A model generated the notes under the pieces. The model did no database searches. It had not been told where the DNA came from and saw only the letters and a program-made list of their open reading frames with translations. Below are positions 27,393-38,025 of a stretch of DNA of 64,000 bases, in pieces. Made by a program: the position numbers and the translations under genes. Each line of letters opens with the position of its first letter. Position 1 is the first letter of the stretch. The DNA is from Balneolales bacterium (GTDB taxonomy: Bacteria > Bacteroidota > Rhodothermia > Balneolales > Natronogracilivirgulaceae): positions 22,681 through 86,680 of the forward strand of contig JBBDMU010000028.1 of NCBI GenBank assembly GCA_040878085.1, given 5' to 3'.

Positions 27393-28877
27393 TTATGGCA
27401 ACTCAGTATCACCCATAAGCCAGCGGTCACATTCGCGTGCTGCACCGCGGCCTTCATTGATCGCCCATACGATGAGGCTTTGTCCCCGGCGCATATCGCC
27501 GGATGCAAAAACTCCCTCCACATTGGTAAGATACTTGTCAAACTCGGCCCGGGCATTGCTCCGCTCATCACGCTCAACTTGAAGTTGTTCCAGCACTGGA
27601 TTTTCAGGGCCGGTAAAGCCCATCGCCAGCAGTACCAAATCGGTTTCCCACACCTTTTCAGTACCCTCAATTTCCCTGGGGGCAAACTTGCCGTTACTGT
27701 CGGCTTCCCATTCAATCTGTACAGTATGCAGTGCTTTAACCTCTCCGTTGCCGTCACTGGAAATCTTTTTGGTCATCACCTGATAATGCCGCGGATCATC
27801 GCCAAATAATGTTTGTGCTTCTTCCTGGCCATAATCAACCATATAAACAATGGGCCACTGGGGCCAGGGGTTGCCTTCCGAGCGGTGCTCAGGCGGCTGT
27901 GGCATAATTTCAAATTGGGTCAGGCTTTTACATTTATGGCGTAAAGCTGTTCCTACACAATCTGTACCGGTGTCGCCACCTCCGATCACAATCACATTTT
28001 TACCCTCGGCAGAAATATAACGACCATCTTGATGGTCGGAATCAAGCATGCTTTTGGTATCGGCATGTAAATACTCCATGGCAAAATAAACACCTTTGAG
28101 CTCCCGCCCCTCGATGGGCAGGTCGCGCGGTTTTGTCGCACCGCCTGCCAGAATAAGGGCATCGTGCTTTTGTTTGAGCTCAGTTGCAGAAATATCAACT
28201 CCAATATTGGCATTGGTAACAAAATCTACCCCCTCGGCTGTTAACAAATCAACCCTTCGTTGCACAACAGACTTTTCAAGTTTCATATTGGGAATGCCAT
28301 AGGTTAATAATCCTCCTATCCGGTCGGCACGTTCGTAGACGGTCACTTTATGACCGGCCTGGTTCAGTTGTGCCGCCGCCGCCAACCCGGCCGGACCCGA
28401 TCCAATTACGCCCACAGTCTTACCCGTGCGTGTATCCGGGGGTGAGGGCTGCACCCAACCTTCTTCAAATCCCCTGTCAATGATAGCCTTCTCAATATTT
28501 TTAATCGTTACCGGATCATCAATAATGCCCAAAACACATGACCCTTCACATGGGGCCGGGCAAACACGGCCTGTAAATTCAGGAAAATTATTGGTCTTAT
28601 GCAGGCGGTGGAGAGCCTCTTTCCATTTGCCACGGTAAACCAGGTCATTCCACTCGGGAATCAGATTGTAAACAGGGCACCCTAGCGCCTTGCCATTATA
28701 GACGGAGCCGGTTTGGCAAAAGGGGATACCGCAGTCCATACACCGGGCGCCCTGTTGCCTCAGATCCTTTTCGGGGAGCTGCTCATACATCTCTTGCCAA
28801 TCTTTGGCCCTTTCTTCAGGTTTACGATATGGAGTCGATTTTCGGTCATACTCCATGAATCCGGTTATTTTACCCAT
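27393..28877 (-). CDS. gltD: glutamate synthase (NADPH) small subunit
   Basis: 494 aa. It has N-terminal Cys clusters (CMDCGIPFC) and a dinucleotide motif [13 protein letters not shown]. It lies directly downstream of gltB. Confidence 0.95.
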   Translation of the reverse strand: MGKITGFMEYDRKSTPYRKPEERAKDWQEMYEQLPEKDLRQQGARCMDCGIPFCQTGSVYNGKALGCPVYNLIPEWNDLVYRGKWKEALHRLHKTNNFPEFTGRVCPAPCEGSCVLGIIDDPVTIKNIEKAIIDRGFEEGWVQPSPPDTRTGKTVGVIGSGPAGLAAAAQLNQAGHKVTVYERADRIGGLLTYGIPNMKLEKSVVQRRVDLLTAEGVDFVTNANIGVDISATELKQKHDALILAGGATKPRDLPIEGRELKGVYFAMEYLHADTKSMLDSDHQDGRYISAEGKNVIVIGGGDTGTDCVGTALRHKCKSLTQFEIMPQPPEHRSEGNPWPQWPIVYMVDYGQEEAQTLFGDDPRHYQVMTKKISSDGNGEVKALHTVQIEWEADSNGKFAPREIEGTEKVWETDLVLLAMGFTGPENPVLEQLQVERDERSNARAEFDKYLTNVEGVFASGDMRRGQSLIVWAINEGRGAARECDRWLMGDTELP

Positions 28878-28898
28878 AATTTTCTATATCATTTATGA

Positions 28899-31800
28899 TC
28901 AAATCCCTTCCACGCGCGATTTGTCTTCTTTGTTTTTTATAAAAGCTTCCATTTCGGCATTCTTCCCATTCACCCCGCGTTCGTTTGCCATCTTGATCGA
29001 CTCCAGCATGCGATGGAAATCCTTAGGCAATACTTTTACAAATTTGGGAACCATCTCTTCCCATTTCGCTAAAGTTTTCCAGGCAAGAGTGCTGTCTGTG
29101 TATTCTCCGTGTAGGCGAATCATTTTCTTAACTTCATTAATCTCATGTTCATCCTCCAGGCGATTCAGGTATACCATAGCCTGATTACAATGAGGTTCAA
29201 ACGTTTGATCCTCATCCAGCACATAGGCAATCCCCCCGGACATCCCCGCTGCAAAATTGCGTCCGGTTGACCCGAGAACAACTACGCGGCCGCCGGTCAT
29301 ATATTCACAGCCATGATCACCCACAGCTTCCACTACGGCTTTCACCCCACTGTTTCTAACACAAAACCTTTCTCCGGCCATACCACGTATATAAACTTGC
29401 CCTCTGGTGGCGCCGTAAAGCGATACGTTGCCAAGAACGATATTCTTTTCCGGTTTAAACAAGGATCCTTTATTGGGATACAGAATCAGCTTTCCTCCGG
29501 AAAGACCTTTGCCAAAATAATCGTTAGCATCACCTTCCAGTTCCAGGGTCATGCCTCCGGGTAGGAATGCTCCGAAACTTTGACCCGCCGAACCATTGAA
29601 TTTTAGATGGATAGTATCTTCAGGAAGCCCGTTCCTGCCGTATTTCCGAGTTACCTCGCTTCCGACAATGGTGCCGGTAACACGGTTGATATTCCTAATG
29701 GGCAGTACTGCTTTGACCGGCTCTCCCTTCTCAAAAGCTGGCTCACAAATATCAAGGAGCGACTGGATATCAAGTGAATTTTCCAATCCATGGTCCTGAT
29801 CCCGTAAATTACGAACCCCAACATTGTCGATTGGTTCCGCACGATAAAGCACCGGGGAAAGATCAAGGTATCTGGCTTTCCAATGATCGGTCTTACGCTG
29901 CTTTAACTTGTCTGACCGGCCAATCATCTCATCAATACTACGGAATCCAAGGCGTGCCATGTGTTCACGCACATCCTGAGCCACGGCTTTCATATAATTT
30001 ACAACATAACTGGGGTCACCATTATATTTATGGCGCAATTCCGGATTCTGTGTAGCAATACCCACCGGACAAGTATCCAGGTGGCAGACACGCATCATAA
30101 TACAGCCCAAAGTGATAAGTGAACTTGTTCCAAAACCGTATTCCTCGGCCCCCAGCAGGGCAGCAATGACAATATCACGGCCTGTTTTAATTTGGCCGTC
30201 AGTTTCCAGAATGACACGGCTACGCAAGTCATTTAGCACCAAGGTCTGTTGTGTTTCCGCAAGACCAAGTTCCCATGGCAAGCCTGCATGTTTGATGCTG
30301 GTCTGTGGAGAGGCACCCGTTCCGCCGTCATGCCCGCTGATCAATATCCCATCGGCATATCCTTTCGCCACCCCGGCAGCGATCGTTCCCACGCCCGCTT
30401 CCGATACCAGTTTCACATTAATACGGGCTCTTCTATTGGCATTTTTTAAATCATGGATAAGCTGGGCCAAATCTTCAATAGAATAAATATCGTGATGCGG
30501 TGGCGGGGAAATTAATCCTACCCCCGGAGTGGACAAGCGCACATCGGCTATCCAGGGATAAACCTTGATCCCCGATAGCTCACCGCCTTCCCCGGGCTTG
30601 GCCCCCTGTGCCATTTTGATCTGAATTTCATCACCCTTATTGAGATATTCACTGGTCACGCCAAACCGGCCTGAAGCCACCTGCTTAATGGCACTGTTCC
30701 TGGAATCTCCGTTGGGATCAAACTTGTAACGTTTATGATGCTCGCCACCTTCGCCGGTATTGCTTTTCCCGCCAAGACGATTCATGGCGATGGCTAGTGC
30801 CTCGTGCGTTTCCTCGCTTATAGAACCATAAGACATAGCCCCGGTCTTAAAGCGGCGGCATATCGACTCCACGGGCTCAACTTCTTCCAGAGGAACCGAC
30901 TGATCATTATCTTTAAACTCAATCAGATGCCTGATGGTCGGGGGCGGATCAAACTGATCATCCACAAGACTGGCAAATTCTTTATACAGCCCATAATCGC
31001 CGGTCCTGGCCGCGAGCTGCAAAGTATGCACAGTAGTGGGATTGTACATATGATACTCGCTGTTTTTGCGCCATTGGTACTGGCCGCCTTCCTCCAGCAC
31101 CTGCTCGTTTACCCGCACTTTAGGATAAGCCCGCTTATGCCGCATCCGGGCCTCTTGAGCGATGATATCCAACCCGATTCCGCCAAGACGTGAGTTCGTC
31201 CAGGTAAAATGTTTATCGATCACATCCTTGCTGATGCCGACCGCTTCAAAAATCTGGGCGCCCCGGTACGATTTAATGGTTGATATACCCATTTTAGACA
31301 TCACCTTAACAATACCCTTCACTACGGCCTTATTATATCCTTTGACGGCCTGTTCATAGGTCTGAATACCGAGCATGTCTTCCCTGATCAGGTCGTAAAG
31401 GCTTTCATAGGCCATATAAGGATTGACAGCATCCACTCCGTAACCGAGCAGGGTACAGAAGTGATGGGTTTCCCGCGGCTCGCCCGATTCAAGAACAATG
31501 CCAACTTCGGTACGTTTGCCCGTGCGGATCAAATGGTGATGCAAGCCCGCAACGGCCAGCAGGGCAGGTATAGGTGCAAATTCGTGATCAAAATCCCGGT
31601 CCGTGAGGATAAGAATATTGCTGCCTTGTTTTATAGCCGCATCGGCAGAGGCGAATAACTTATCAAGAGCTTTTTCCAGGCCATCACCTCCGCTTCGTAC
31701 TTGAAACAGTATAGGCAGCGTTGAAAATGAAAACCCTGAAGGCTCAAAATCCTTCAACTGAGCCATTTCTTCATTATTCAGTATCGGGTTTTTTAATTCA

Positions 31801-33521
31801 ATAAGGTGACAGCTCTCCGGCCCGGGATTGAGTATATTTCCCTGCGAGCCCAGCACCGTTTCCGTTGAGGTGATCAGCTCCTCGCGTATGGGATCGAGGG
31901 GAGGATTGGTTACCTGGGCAAACATTTGCTTGAAATAATTATACAGCAATTGCGGCTGGTTAGACAGAACGGCAATGGGGGCATCGTTACCCATAGCCCC
32001 AACCGGCTGTAGCATATTCTCAGCCATTGGCTTTAAGTTGAGGCGAAGATCTTCATAGGTGTACCCGAAGACTTTCTGGCGACGTACAATTGCCAGATGC
32101 CCGGCTTCAGGTGGAGGATATTCAAGCTTTTCCGTGGCCTTATGGAAATCTACAAGATTATCATCAAGCCATTGCCGGTAAGGATGTTCATTGGCTATCT
32201 GTTTCTTAATTTCGTCATCGCTGATGATGCGGCCCTCTTCAGTATCGATCAGCAGCATTCGGCCCGGTTGCAGGCGTTCTTTCTGAACTATTTCTTCCGG
32301 CGGGAAATCTAAAACCCCCACTTCTGATGCCAAAACAACAGTATCGTCACGCGTGACATAATACCTTGACGGACGCAATCCATTACGGTCAAGGGTAGCG
32401 CCTACTGTCTTGCCATCTGTAAAAGCAATGGAAGCCGGGCCATCCCAGGGTTCCATAAAACAGCTGTGATATTCGTAGAAAGCGCGTTTGTCTTCTTCCA
32501 TGAATTCATGTTTTTCCCAGGGTTCGGGGATCATCATCATCATAACATGGGGGAGCGATCGTCCACTTAAATATAAAAATTCCAAGCTGTTATCAAATTT
32601 GGAAGAGTCGCTCCCTTCCTCTTGAATGATGGGGAAAACTTTATTCAAATCTTCTCCAAACAAATTTGATGAAAACTGGGCCTGGCGGGCATGCATCCAA
32701 TTTTGATTGCCCTGCATGGTATTAATTTCCCCGTTATGGATCATATAACGGTAGGGGTGGGCCAGTCTCCAACTTGGAAAAGTATTCGTGCTGAAACGCG
32801 CGTGAACCAGAGCCAGTGACGATTCCATATCCGGTTCGTTTAAGTCCGGGTAAAAAGCTTTTAGCTGCTTATTGGTAAGCATGCCCTTATAGATCATGGT
32901 CCGGCTGGAGAGGCTGCAAATATAAAATAGCTCCTGTGCTTTACTGCCAAGATCCGAATCTTGTACAGCCCGTGTGGCCAGGCGGCGGATAACAAAAAGC
33001 TTTCGCTCAAAGTCCATTTCTGAGAGCAATTCTTTGCTGCGCTTAATAATAACCTGACGAATAACAGGTTCGGTAGCTTTGGCCGACTTACCAAGCTGAA
33101 AATTATCGGTAGGAACTTTCCTCCAGCCTATTACCTCCAGGCCTTCCTTCTTAGCAATCCTTTCGATAGCCTTCTCGCAAAACCTCCGTTCTTTCTTATC
33201 GTCAGGAAGAAAAATCATACCGACCCCATACCAGCCCGGCTCTGGCAACTCAATGCTGAGGCCCTGGCAGGAACGTTTGAGGAATTTATGCGGCGTCTGG
33301 ATCAGGATACCCGCACCATCACCGGTATTCGGATCACTACCAGTTGCTCCCCGATGCTCAAGATTCTCCAAAACTGTCAATGCCTGCGTGACAATTTTAC
33401 TGGACTGCCGGCCCTTTATATTAACAACAAACCCGATACCACAAGCATCATGCTCATACTTAGGGTCATACAACCCCTGCTTGCAAGGCGCATTCTTCTC
33501 CACCATGTGTAAATATTTCAA
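28899..33521 (-). CDS. gltB: glutamate synthase large subunit
   Basis: 1540 aa. The Ntn amidotransferase start is [13 protein letters not shown]/Fe-S central domains and the GXGXG C-terminal domain are present. The start could instead be the MVEKN methionine 15 nt downstream. Confidence 0.97.
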   Translation of the reverse strand: MKYLHMVEKNAPCKQGLYDPKYEHDACGIGFVVNIKGRQSSKIVTQALTVLENLEHRGATGSDPNTGDGAGILIQTPHKFLKRSCQGLSIELPEPGWYGVGMIFLPDDKKERRFCEKAIERIAKKEGLEVIGWRKVPTDNFQLGKSAKATEPVIRQVIIKRSKELLSEMDFERKLFVIRRLATRAVQDSDLGSKAQELFYICSLSSRTMIYKGMLTNKQLKAFYPDLNEPDMESSLALVHARFSTNTFPSWRLAHPYRYMIHNGEINTMQGNQNWMHARQAQFSSNLFGEDLNKVFPIIQEEGSDSSKFDNSLEFLYLSGRSLPHVMMMMIPEPWEKHEFMEEDKRAFYEYHSCFMEPWDGPASIAFTDGKTVGATLDRNGLRPSRYYVTRDDTVVLASEVGVLDFPPEEIVQKERLQPGRMLLIDTEEGRIISDDEIKKQIANEHPYRQWLDDNLVDFHKATEKLEYPPPEAGHLAIVRRQKVFGYTYEDLRLNLKPMAENMLQPVGAMGNDAPIAVLSNQPQLLYNYFKQMFAQVTNPPLDPIREELITSTETVLGSQGNILNPGPESCHLIELKNPILNNEEMAQLKDFEPSGFSFSTLPILFQVRSGGDGLEKALDKLFASADAAIKQGSNILILTDRDFDHEFAPIPALLAVAGLHHHLIRTGKRTEVGIVLESGEPRETHHFCTLLGYGVDAVNPYMAYESLYDLIREDMLGIQTYEQAVKGYNKAVVKGIVKVMSKMGISTIKSYRGAQIFEAVGISKDVIDKHFTWTNSRLGGIGLDIIAQEARMRHKRAYPKVRVNEQVLEEGGQYQWRKNSEYHMYNPTTVHTLQLAARTGDYGLYKEFASLVDDQFDPPPTIRHLIEFKDNDQSVPLEEVEPVESICRRFKTGAMSYGSISEETHEALAIAMNRLGGKSNTGEGGEHHKRYKFDPNGDSRNSAIKQVASGRFGVTSEYLNKGDEIQIKMAQGAKPGEGGELSGIKVYPWIADVRLSTPGVGLISPPPHHDIYSIEDLAQLIHDLKNANRRARINVKLVSEAGVGTIAAGVAKGYADGILISGHDGGTGASPQTSIKHAGLPWELGLAETQQTLVLNDLRSRVILETDGQIKTGRDIVIAALLGAEEYGFGTSSLITLGCIMMRVCHLDTCPVGIATQNPELRHKYNGDPSYVVNYMKAVAQDVREHMARLGFRSIDEMIGRSDKLKQRKTDHWKARYLDLSPVLYRAEPIDNVGVRNLRDQDHGLENSLDIQSLLDICEPAFEKGEPVKAVLPIRNINRVTGTIVGSEVTRKYGRNGLPEDTIHLKFNGSAGQSFGAFLPGGMTLELEGDANDYFGKGLSGGKLILYPNKGSLFKPEKNIVLGNVSLYGATRGQVYIRGMAGERFCVRNSGVKAVVEAVGDHGCEYMTGGRVVVLGSTGRNFAAGMSGGIAYVLDEDQTFEPHCNQAMVYLNRLEDEHEINEVKKMIRLHGEYTDSTLAWKTLAKWEEMVPKFVKVLPKDFHRMLESIKMANERGVNGKNAEMEAFIKNKEDKSRVEGI

Positions 33522-33693
33522 CCGTTAAACTCTGTTGATACTAACCAAAACAATAAATAACGAATAAAATAATCTAGCGCAATTTAATAGGAAAATTTAA
33601 CGGGGGGAATGCTTAGTGAAGAGAAATGAACCTTTATTCTCTACTATAAGCACACCCTATCACAAATTTATCATTTCACAAGCTATTATCCAC

Positions 33694-34389
33694 TCATAGC
33701 TCATAATTCATAACTCCATCCCGAACCACTTTCATCCAGGTTCGGGTTCTAACATTCCACGTTTTTGTAACTTTTGCGGGGGTTCCGACGGCAATCGACC
33801 GGGGAGGCACATTTTTTGTGACAACGCTATTGGCCCCAATGATCGAATTCTCCCCAATACTCACCCCCGGCATTATCACCGCATTTTGGCCAATCCAGCA
33901 TCCTTTTTGAATGTTAACCGGCTTGATGTTTCCAATTGGTTGATACCGATAGGGTTCATCGGCATTGGCGTAACCATGAGTCCCGTCACTGACAAAAACA
34001 TTAGCTGCAAAGATCACATCATCCCCTATGTCGATTCTCTTCATCGCCACAATTTGCAACCCCGAACGGGAACGGACCCTGTTGCCAATATACACAGCTG
34101 AATCAAAGATTTGTGTCCTTTCACGTTGATGCTCTTTGGGTGCATCCGGCTCATGAAAACCCTTACTGGCATATAAAAAACAATTGGGCCCTAAAGAGAC
34201 ATCATCCCCTAAGAAGATTCTCACGGAACCCTTGATTCGGTACGGGGTGTCGATCTTCAGCCCAACCTGATCATTTGCGAAATCTGGCAACAACATTGCA
34301 TCCACCTTGCGTGTATACCGCTTGGATATTCTGGAAAACTTTTTTATAACCTTTTTGAGTAGGTGCGGGTTTTTACGTTTTGCAGGCAT
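33694..34389 (-). CDS. hexapeptide-repeat (left-handed beta-helix) acyltransferase
   Basis: 231 aa. Repeated [LIV]-G-x4 hexapeptides are present (IGNRVRSRSGLQIV, IGDDVIFAANVFV, IGQNAVIMPGVSIGENSIIGANSVV). Confidence 0.7.
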   Translation of the reverse strand: MPAKRKNPHLLKKVIKKFSRISKRYTRKVDAMLLPDFANDQVGLKIDTPYRIKGSVRIFLGDDVSLGPNCFLYASKGFHEPDAPKEHQRERTQIFDSAVYIGNRVRSRSGLQIVAMKRIDIGDDVIFAANVFVSDGTHGYANADEPYRYQPIGNIKPVNIQKGCWIGQNAVIMPGVSIGENSIIGANSVVTKNVPPRSIAVGTPAKVTKTWNVRTRTWMKVVRDGVMNYEL

Positions 34390-34394
34390 GGGTG

Positions 34395-34466
34395 GTGGAT
34401 TTGTTGTCTGTGGTCTTTGGTTTGTGGTTTTTAGATTCTAGTTTGACGTTTCTTGTTTGTGGTTGT
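34395..34466. repeat. degenerate 7-nt-periodic array (TTTGTGG on + strand; CCACAAA on the sense strand of the acyltransferase)
   Basis: Reads TTTGTTG TCTGTGG TCTTTGG TTTGTGG TTTTTAG ATTCTAG TTTGACG TTTCTTG TTTGTGG. It starts 6 nt from the acyltransferase start codon. Confidence 0.75.
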
Positions 34467-34517
34467 GATTATAGACAATGTATATAATATAAAATATATA
34501 ATACATTGTCTATAATC
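34467..34517. repeat. 17-bp perfect inverted repeat with AT-only 17-nt spacer
   Basis: GATTATAGACAATGTAT (34467-34483) is the exact reverse complement of ATACATTGTCTATAATC (34501-34517). The spacer ATAATATAAAATATATA contains only A and T. Confidence 0.9.
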
Positions 34518-34636
34518 GTTATCACCCAACTCGAATATCTCAACGGTTGTCTGCCGCGGCCCTGTAGAGTAACATACCCACCCCTGTTCAACGCCACCAC
34601 AACGCCTACGGCCCGCAAGGGTTCAGTAAAACTTGT

Positions 34637-34666
34637 GTAGGAGTTGGTCAGGGGTTGGTCGGGGGG
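34637..34666. repeat. partial copy C of the dispersed repeat (3' GT-rich arm only)
   Basis: GTAGGAGTTGGTCAGGGGTTGGTCGGGGGG matches 16122-16151 at 26/30 positions. It is also the near-complement of the CCTGACCAA units of copies A and B. Confidence 0.7.
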
Positions 34667-34808
34667 CTTATACTGAAATAGGCAGGTTTAACCACGACGT
34701 ATACAAGGGCGCAAAGGGAAACGGTTGAATAAAGCGGGCACAAGATTACAAAGGGAAAAAGAAATGCCAAGGGGGCAGGTTTTGCTTTTGTTGTTGGTGC
34801 CTGTGCGG

Positions 34809-36638
34809 TTAGTTTGCGAACGTTAGGCTGAATGTGGTGCCATTTTGGGTTTGTGAGGATAAGGTGCCTCCAATTTGGCGGGTAAGGCCGTGGGTGAGCA
34901 TGAGTCCCATGGTGGAGCTCTTCTTTTTTTGGGGCAGGCCGATGCCGTTGTCGCTAATGATAAGTGTGGCGGTGCCGTTGGAATGATGCAGGGTTATTGA
35001 AATCCTGCCGCTATTGCGACCTTTGAAGGCGTGTTTATAGGCATTGGTAATCAGTTCATAAGCAATAAGCGCGCAAGGCACGGCCTTGTTGATCTCGAGG
35101 TTTACCGGATCGGCTTTTACCTGGACCTGTATAGTTTTATCCGGGGAGGCGTGATTGATTTTTATTTGCTGCATCAGCTTTTTTAGATAGATACCGAAAT
35201 CGATACTGGAAAAATCCTCATGATGATACAACAACTCATGGATCATGGCCATAGCCTGAATCCTTCCTTCACTTTCTTTTAAAATGCCTTTGAAGTTTTC
35301 ATCGCCGACCGAGCTCGCTTGTAGCCTGAGCAAGCTGGATATTATGGCAAGGTTGTTTTTAACCCGGTGATGGATTTCATTCAGCAGAACTTCTTTCTCC
35401 TGCAAAGATGCTTTGATCTGAGCCTCGGCTTTTAAACGTTCGGTGATGTCTAGTATGATGGCCACGAAAAGCTTATAATCGCCCTGCTCAATTCGCTGGA
35501 GGTAGACTTCTACATCATACAGGCTCCCGTCGGCCCGGCGATGTACGGTATTAAACACGGTCCTGTCCGTTACCCCGTCGATCAGTGGTTTGACGAACTG
35601 TTCAGCTAACATCTGCGAATTTTCTGCAATTACATCCAACGGTGACATTTCCTGAAGGTCCTCAAAGGAATAGCCCAGGTTTTCCCGGGCGCCTTCGTTG
35701 ACATAAATAAAACGCATCGTATTTTCATCGGTAATATAGATCTCGTTTCTGGATTTTTCCAGCACCTGAGATAAGTACATCCTCTCGGTACGCTCCTTAA
35801 CCAGTTCAGATATATCAGAACCCGTGCCTAAAATATAATCTTTGCCATCCAATTCTATCGCTATGCCCTCAAAAAAGAATGGTATTATTTTGCCGTCTTT
35901 TACAAGAAGGGCAGCCTCAACTTCGGCTTTGCCTCTGGCAAATGCTTTATCAATAGTTTTCTTAAAGGTCTCCAGGTATTCGTCGGGAATAAACTTCAGA
36001 GGGTGCATCTTTTCTACTTCATCGGCTGTATAGCCTGTCAACTCTTCCAAATTATTATTCCATCGGTAGAATTTGCCTTGTCTATCAAATAGAAAAAACA
36101 TGCCCGGATGGTTGTTTATCAGAGACTCTGCAACTTCTTTCTCCTTTAAAAGCTGCCGCTCAGCACGTTCCCTGTTTAAAGTTTCATTTCGAAGCTCCTC
36201 GCGCGCCTTTTTTTTCTTCTGCTCTACCAGTACCTTTTCGGTCACATCAACCGGGGCGTGAATAATATATAGGATGTTGCCATCTTCATCCAACACGGGA
36301 TAATTTTTTGGTGCCCAGTATCTTTGAGCCACTTTACGAGTGCCCCACACGGGAATGTTGTATTTCTGCACATCCAGTATTTGAGCTTTTTTCTGGGTTA
36401 CCACACGTTTTAAGGCGGCCCTCATTACTTTTTCACCAGCCACATCACTGGGCTCGCCATCCGTGGTAAACGCCTCAAAAAACGGTTTGTCGATAAAATG
36501 ACTTTCTACTGCCCCGGTAATCTGTAAATATGCTTCATTAACATCTACAACCGTAAAAAGGGGAGGGTCAGCCCCCAAAATTATCTGCGGATGGGGCGAT
36601 GCTTTGAAAACAGACCGGGCGTTTTTTGCGTTTAACAT
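34809..36638 (-). CDS. multi-PAS sensor histidine kinase (HisKA_2/HWE-type)
   Basis: 609 aa with about three PAS-like modules. The H-box is EIHHRVKNNLAIISSLLRLQ. The ATPase domain contains LIISDNGIGLP...GLMLTHGLTRQIGGTL. No cognate response regulator is adjacent. Confidence 0.85.
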   Translation of the reverse strand: MLNAKNARSVFKASPHPQIILGADPPLFTVVDVNEAYLQITGAVESHFIDKPFFEAFTTDGEPSDVAGEKVMRAALKRVVTQKKAQILDVQKYNIPVWGTRKVAQRYWAPKNYPVLDEDGNILYIIHAPVDVTEKVLVEQKKKKAREELRNETLNRERAERQLLKEKEVAESLINNHPGMFFLFDRQGKFYRWNNNLEELTGYTADEVEKMHPLKFIPDEYLETFKKTIDKAFARGKAEVEAALLVKDGKIIPFFFEGIAIELDGKDYILGTGSDISELVKERTERMYLSQVLEKSRNEIYITDENTMRFIYVNEGARENLGYSFEDLQEMSPLDVIAENSQMLAEQFVKPLIDGVTDRTVFNTVHRRADGSLYDVEVYLQRIEQGDYKLFVAIILDITERLKAEAQIKASLQEKEVLLNEIHHRVKNNLAIISSLLRLQASSVGDENFKGILKESEGRIQAMAMIHELLYHHEDFSSIDFGIYLKKLMQQIKINHASPDKTIQVQVKADPVNLEINKAVPCALIAYELITNAYKHAFKGRNSGRISITLHHSNGTATLIISDNGIGLPQKKKSSTMGLMLTHGLTRQIGGTLSSQTQNGTTFSLTFAN

Positions 36639-36644
36639 GGTATG

Positions 36645-36800
36645 CTTTGCTGATGGTGATTGGTGGATTTGTGAATTTGTGAATTTGTGATTGGTGAATT
36701 TGTGATTGGTGATTGGTGATTGGTGAATTGGTGATTGGTGATTGGTGATTAATGAATTGTAAATTGGTACACTTTGCTGGTGGTGATTGGTAAATTGAGA
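36645..36800. repeat. degenerate 7-8-nt tandem array (TTGGTGA/TTTGTGA; TCACCAA on the kinase sense strand)
   Basis: About 16 units run from 36651 to 36769. The array is bounded by the near-identical GCTTTGCTGATGGTGATTGG (36646) and ACTTTGCTGGTGGTGATTGG (36772). It begins 12 nt from the kinase ATG. Confidence 0.9.
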
Positions 36801-36926
36801 TTTGTTGTCTTCACAGTTTGGAGCTGGTGCCTGGAAAAGAAGCGGGAACTATAGATAGTATAGCGGATAGTAGATTATTTTAGTACTAAAAATCCAACCC
36901 CGGAGTTAAAACTATAGGTGAATCTA

Positions 36927-36946
36927 TACGCTGGCGTTTTTGTTGG
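36927..36946. repeat. short direct repeat R1, copy 1 (TACGCTGGCGTTTTTGTTGG)
   Basis: 18/20 identical to 37923-37942. The two copies bracket the methyltransferase gene. Confidence 0.75.
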
Positions 36947-36979
36947 CGACACTATTTGTTTGGTAAAAACGCTGGTGGG

Positions 36980-37074
36980 AAACCAGATACCAGAAACTAC
37001 AGACAGAAACCAGAAACTACAGACCAGAAACTACAGACCAGAAACTGCAGACTAGAAACCAGAAACCAGAAACT
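36980..37074. repeat. degenerate 7/14-nt tandem array (CCAGAAA / CTACAGA)
   Basis: Reads CCAGATA CCAGAAA CTACAGA CAGAAA CCAGAAA CTACAGA CCAGAAA CTACAGA CCAGAAA CTGCAGA CTAGAAA CCAGAAA CCAGAAA. It ends 6 nt before the methyltransferase ATG. Confidence 0.9.
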
Positions 37075-37080
37075 CATCCA

Positions 37081-37908
37081 ATGAAAACTCAAGAAGTAGA
37101 ACAAGCACGAGTCGCTTGGGATACCATAGCGACGGGTTTTGACAATTACGTAACTCCCTTTAGTATGGCTTGGGCTGAAAAAATTCTCCCTCGCGTCAAC
37201 CTTCAGCCCGGAATGCGCTTTTTGGATGTGGCCACCGGAAGCGGGGCGTTGAGTATTCCTGCTGCGCGCCTTGGTGCAAAGGTCATCTCAGTCGACATCT
37301 CTCCGGCGATGATCGAGCGGCTGAACGATCGTGCAAGTAAAGAGGGAATATCTAACATGGAGGGTTATGTCATGGATGGGCAGGCTCTCGAGCTCTCAGA
37401 CGATACTTTCGATATAGCCGCATCAATGAACGGCGTCTCTCTTTTTCCGGACCTGGAGCGGGGGCTGAGCGAGCTTGTTCGAGTTACCAAGCCTGAGGGG
37501 AAGGTTATAATCATTGCCTTTGGCCCGCCTCAGAATGCGGAATGGCTTGTACTTTTTATGGATGCCATGCAAGCTTCCGTGCCTGGCTTTATAAATCCTT
37601 TAGGGAGTGATCTCCCATTGCCATTCCAGGTTTCCGACCCCGACAAGCTCCGCACAAAAATGGAAGAGGCCGGACTGAAAGACATCCGCCTGGAAAATAA
37701 AACCTTCGGCATGGAGTGCCGGTCGGCTACCCAACTTTGGGATATAGTGACGAACAGCAACCCAATAGGCGCAAAACTAGTTGCCAATCTGGACCAGGAG
37801 CAGATAACTAAAGTCAAACAAGAACTCGAGAATACCCTCCACAAACATTCCGAGAGCCCCACTACTGTGTTGAAAACCGATATTAATATTGGTATTGGGA
37901 CTAAATGA
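37081..37908 (+). CDS. class I SAM-dependent methyltransferase
   Basis: 275 aa. Motif I is FLDVATGSGALS. It has the Methyltransf_11-like layout (FDIAASMNGVSLFPD). Confidence 0.85.
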   Translation: MKTQEVEQARVAWDTIATGFDNYVTPFSMAWAEKILPRVNLQPGMRFLDVATGSGALSIPAARLGAKVISVDISPAMIERLNDRASKEGISNMEGYVMDGQALELSDDTFDIAASMNGVSLFPDLERGLSELVRVTKPEGKVIIIAFGPPQNAEWLVLFMDAMQASVPGFINPLGSDLPLPFQVSDPDKLRTKMEEAGLKDIRLENKTFGMECRSATQLWDIVTNSNPIGAKLVANLDQEQITKVKQELENTLHKHSESPTTVLKTDINIGIGTK

Positions 37909-37922
37909 GTGGTTGGTATTTG

Positions 37923-37980
37923 TACGCTGGAGTTTTTGTAGGTTGTGGGTTGTACGCTAACGCTTTTGTAGGTGGTGGTA
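37923..37980. repeat. R1 copy 2 followed by R2 copy 1
   Basis: TACGCTGGAGTTTTTGTAGG (37923-37942) overlaps TTGTAGGTTGTGGGTTGTACGCT (37936-37958). The latter recurs exactly at 38526-38548. The next ~22 nt are 17/23 identical between the two copies. Confidence 0.85.
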
Positions 37981-38025
37981 ATTTCTCGCTGGTGCAGGAT
38001 TAGTAAATAGCTGTGGAACTTTTAT

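Noticed and set aside
27384-27397. 14-nt perfect palindrome CATAATCGATTATG containing the convergent stop codons of ldhA and gltD
   Set aside because: It is real but has no loop, is only 14 nt long and has an AT-rich centre. It is most simply a coincidence of two facing TAA stops around an ATCGAT core and is unlikely to act as a terminator.
34690-34808. Possible hairpin or repeat family linking the kinase trailer (CAAAGGG repeats plus a GT-rich tract) to the 63144-63288 element
   Set aside because: Checked by hand, the two halves do not pair. The shared strings (for example TGTGCCCG) are only about 8 nt, which is too weak to call.
36645-37074. Tandem arrays as a CRISPR locus
   Set aside because: The period is 7-14 nt with no unique spacers and no cas genes. 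These are simple degenerate tandem repeats.
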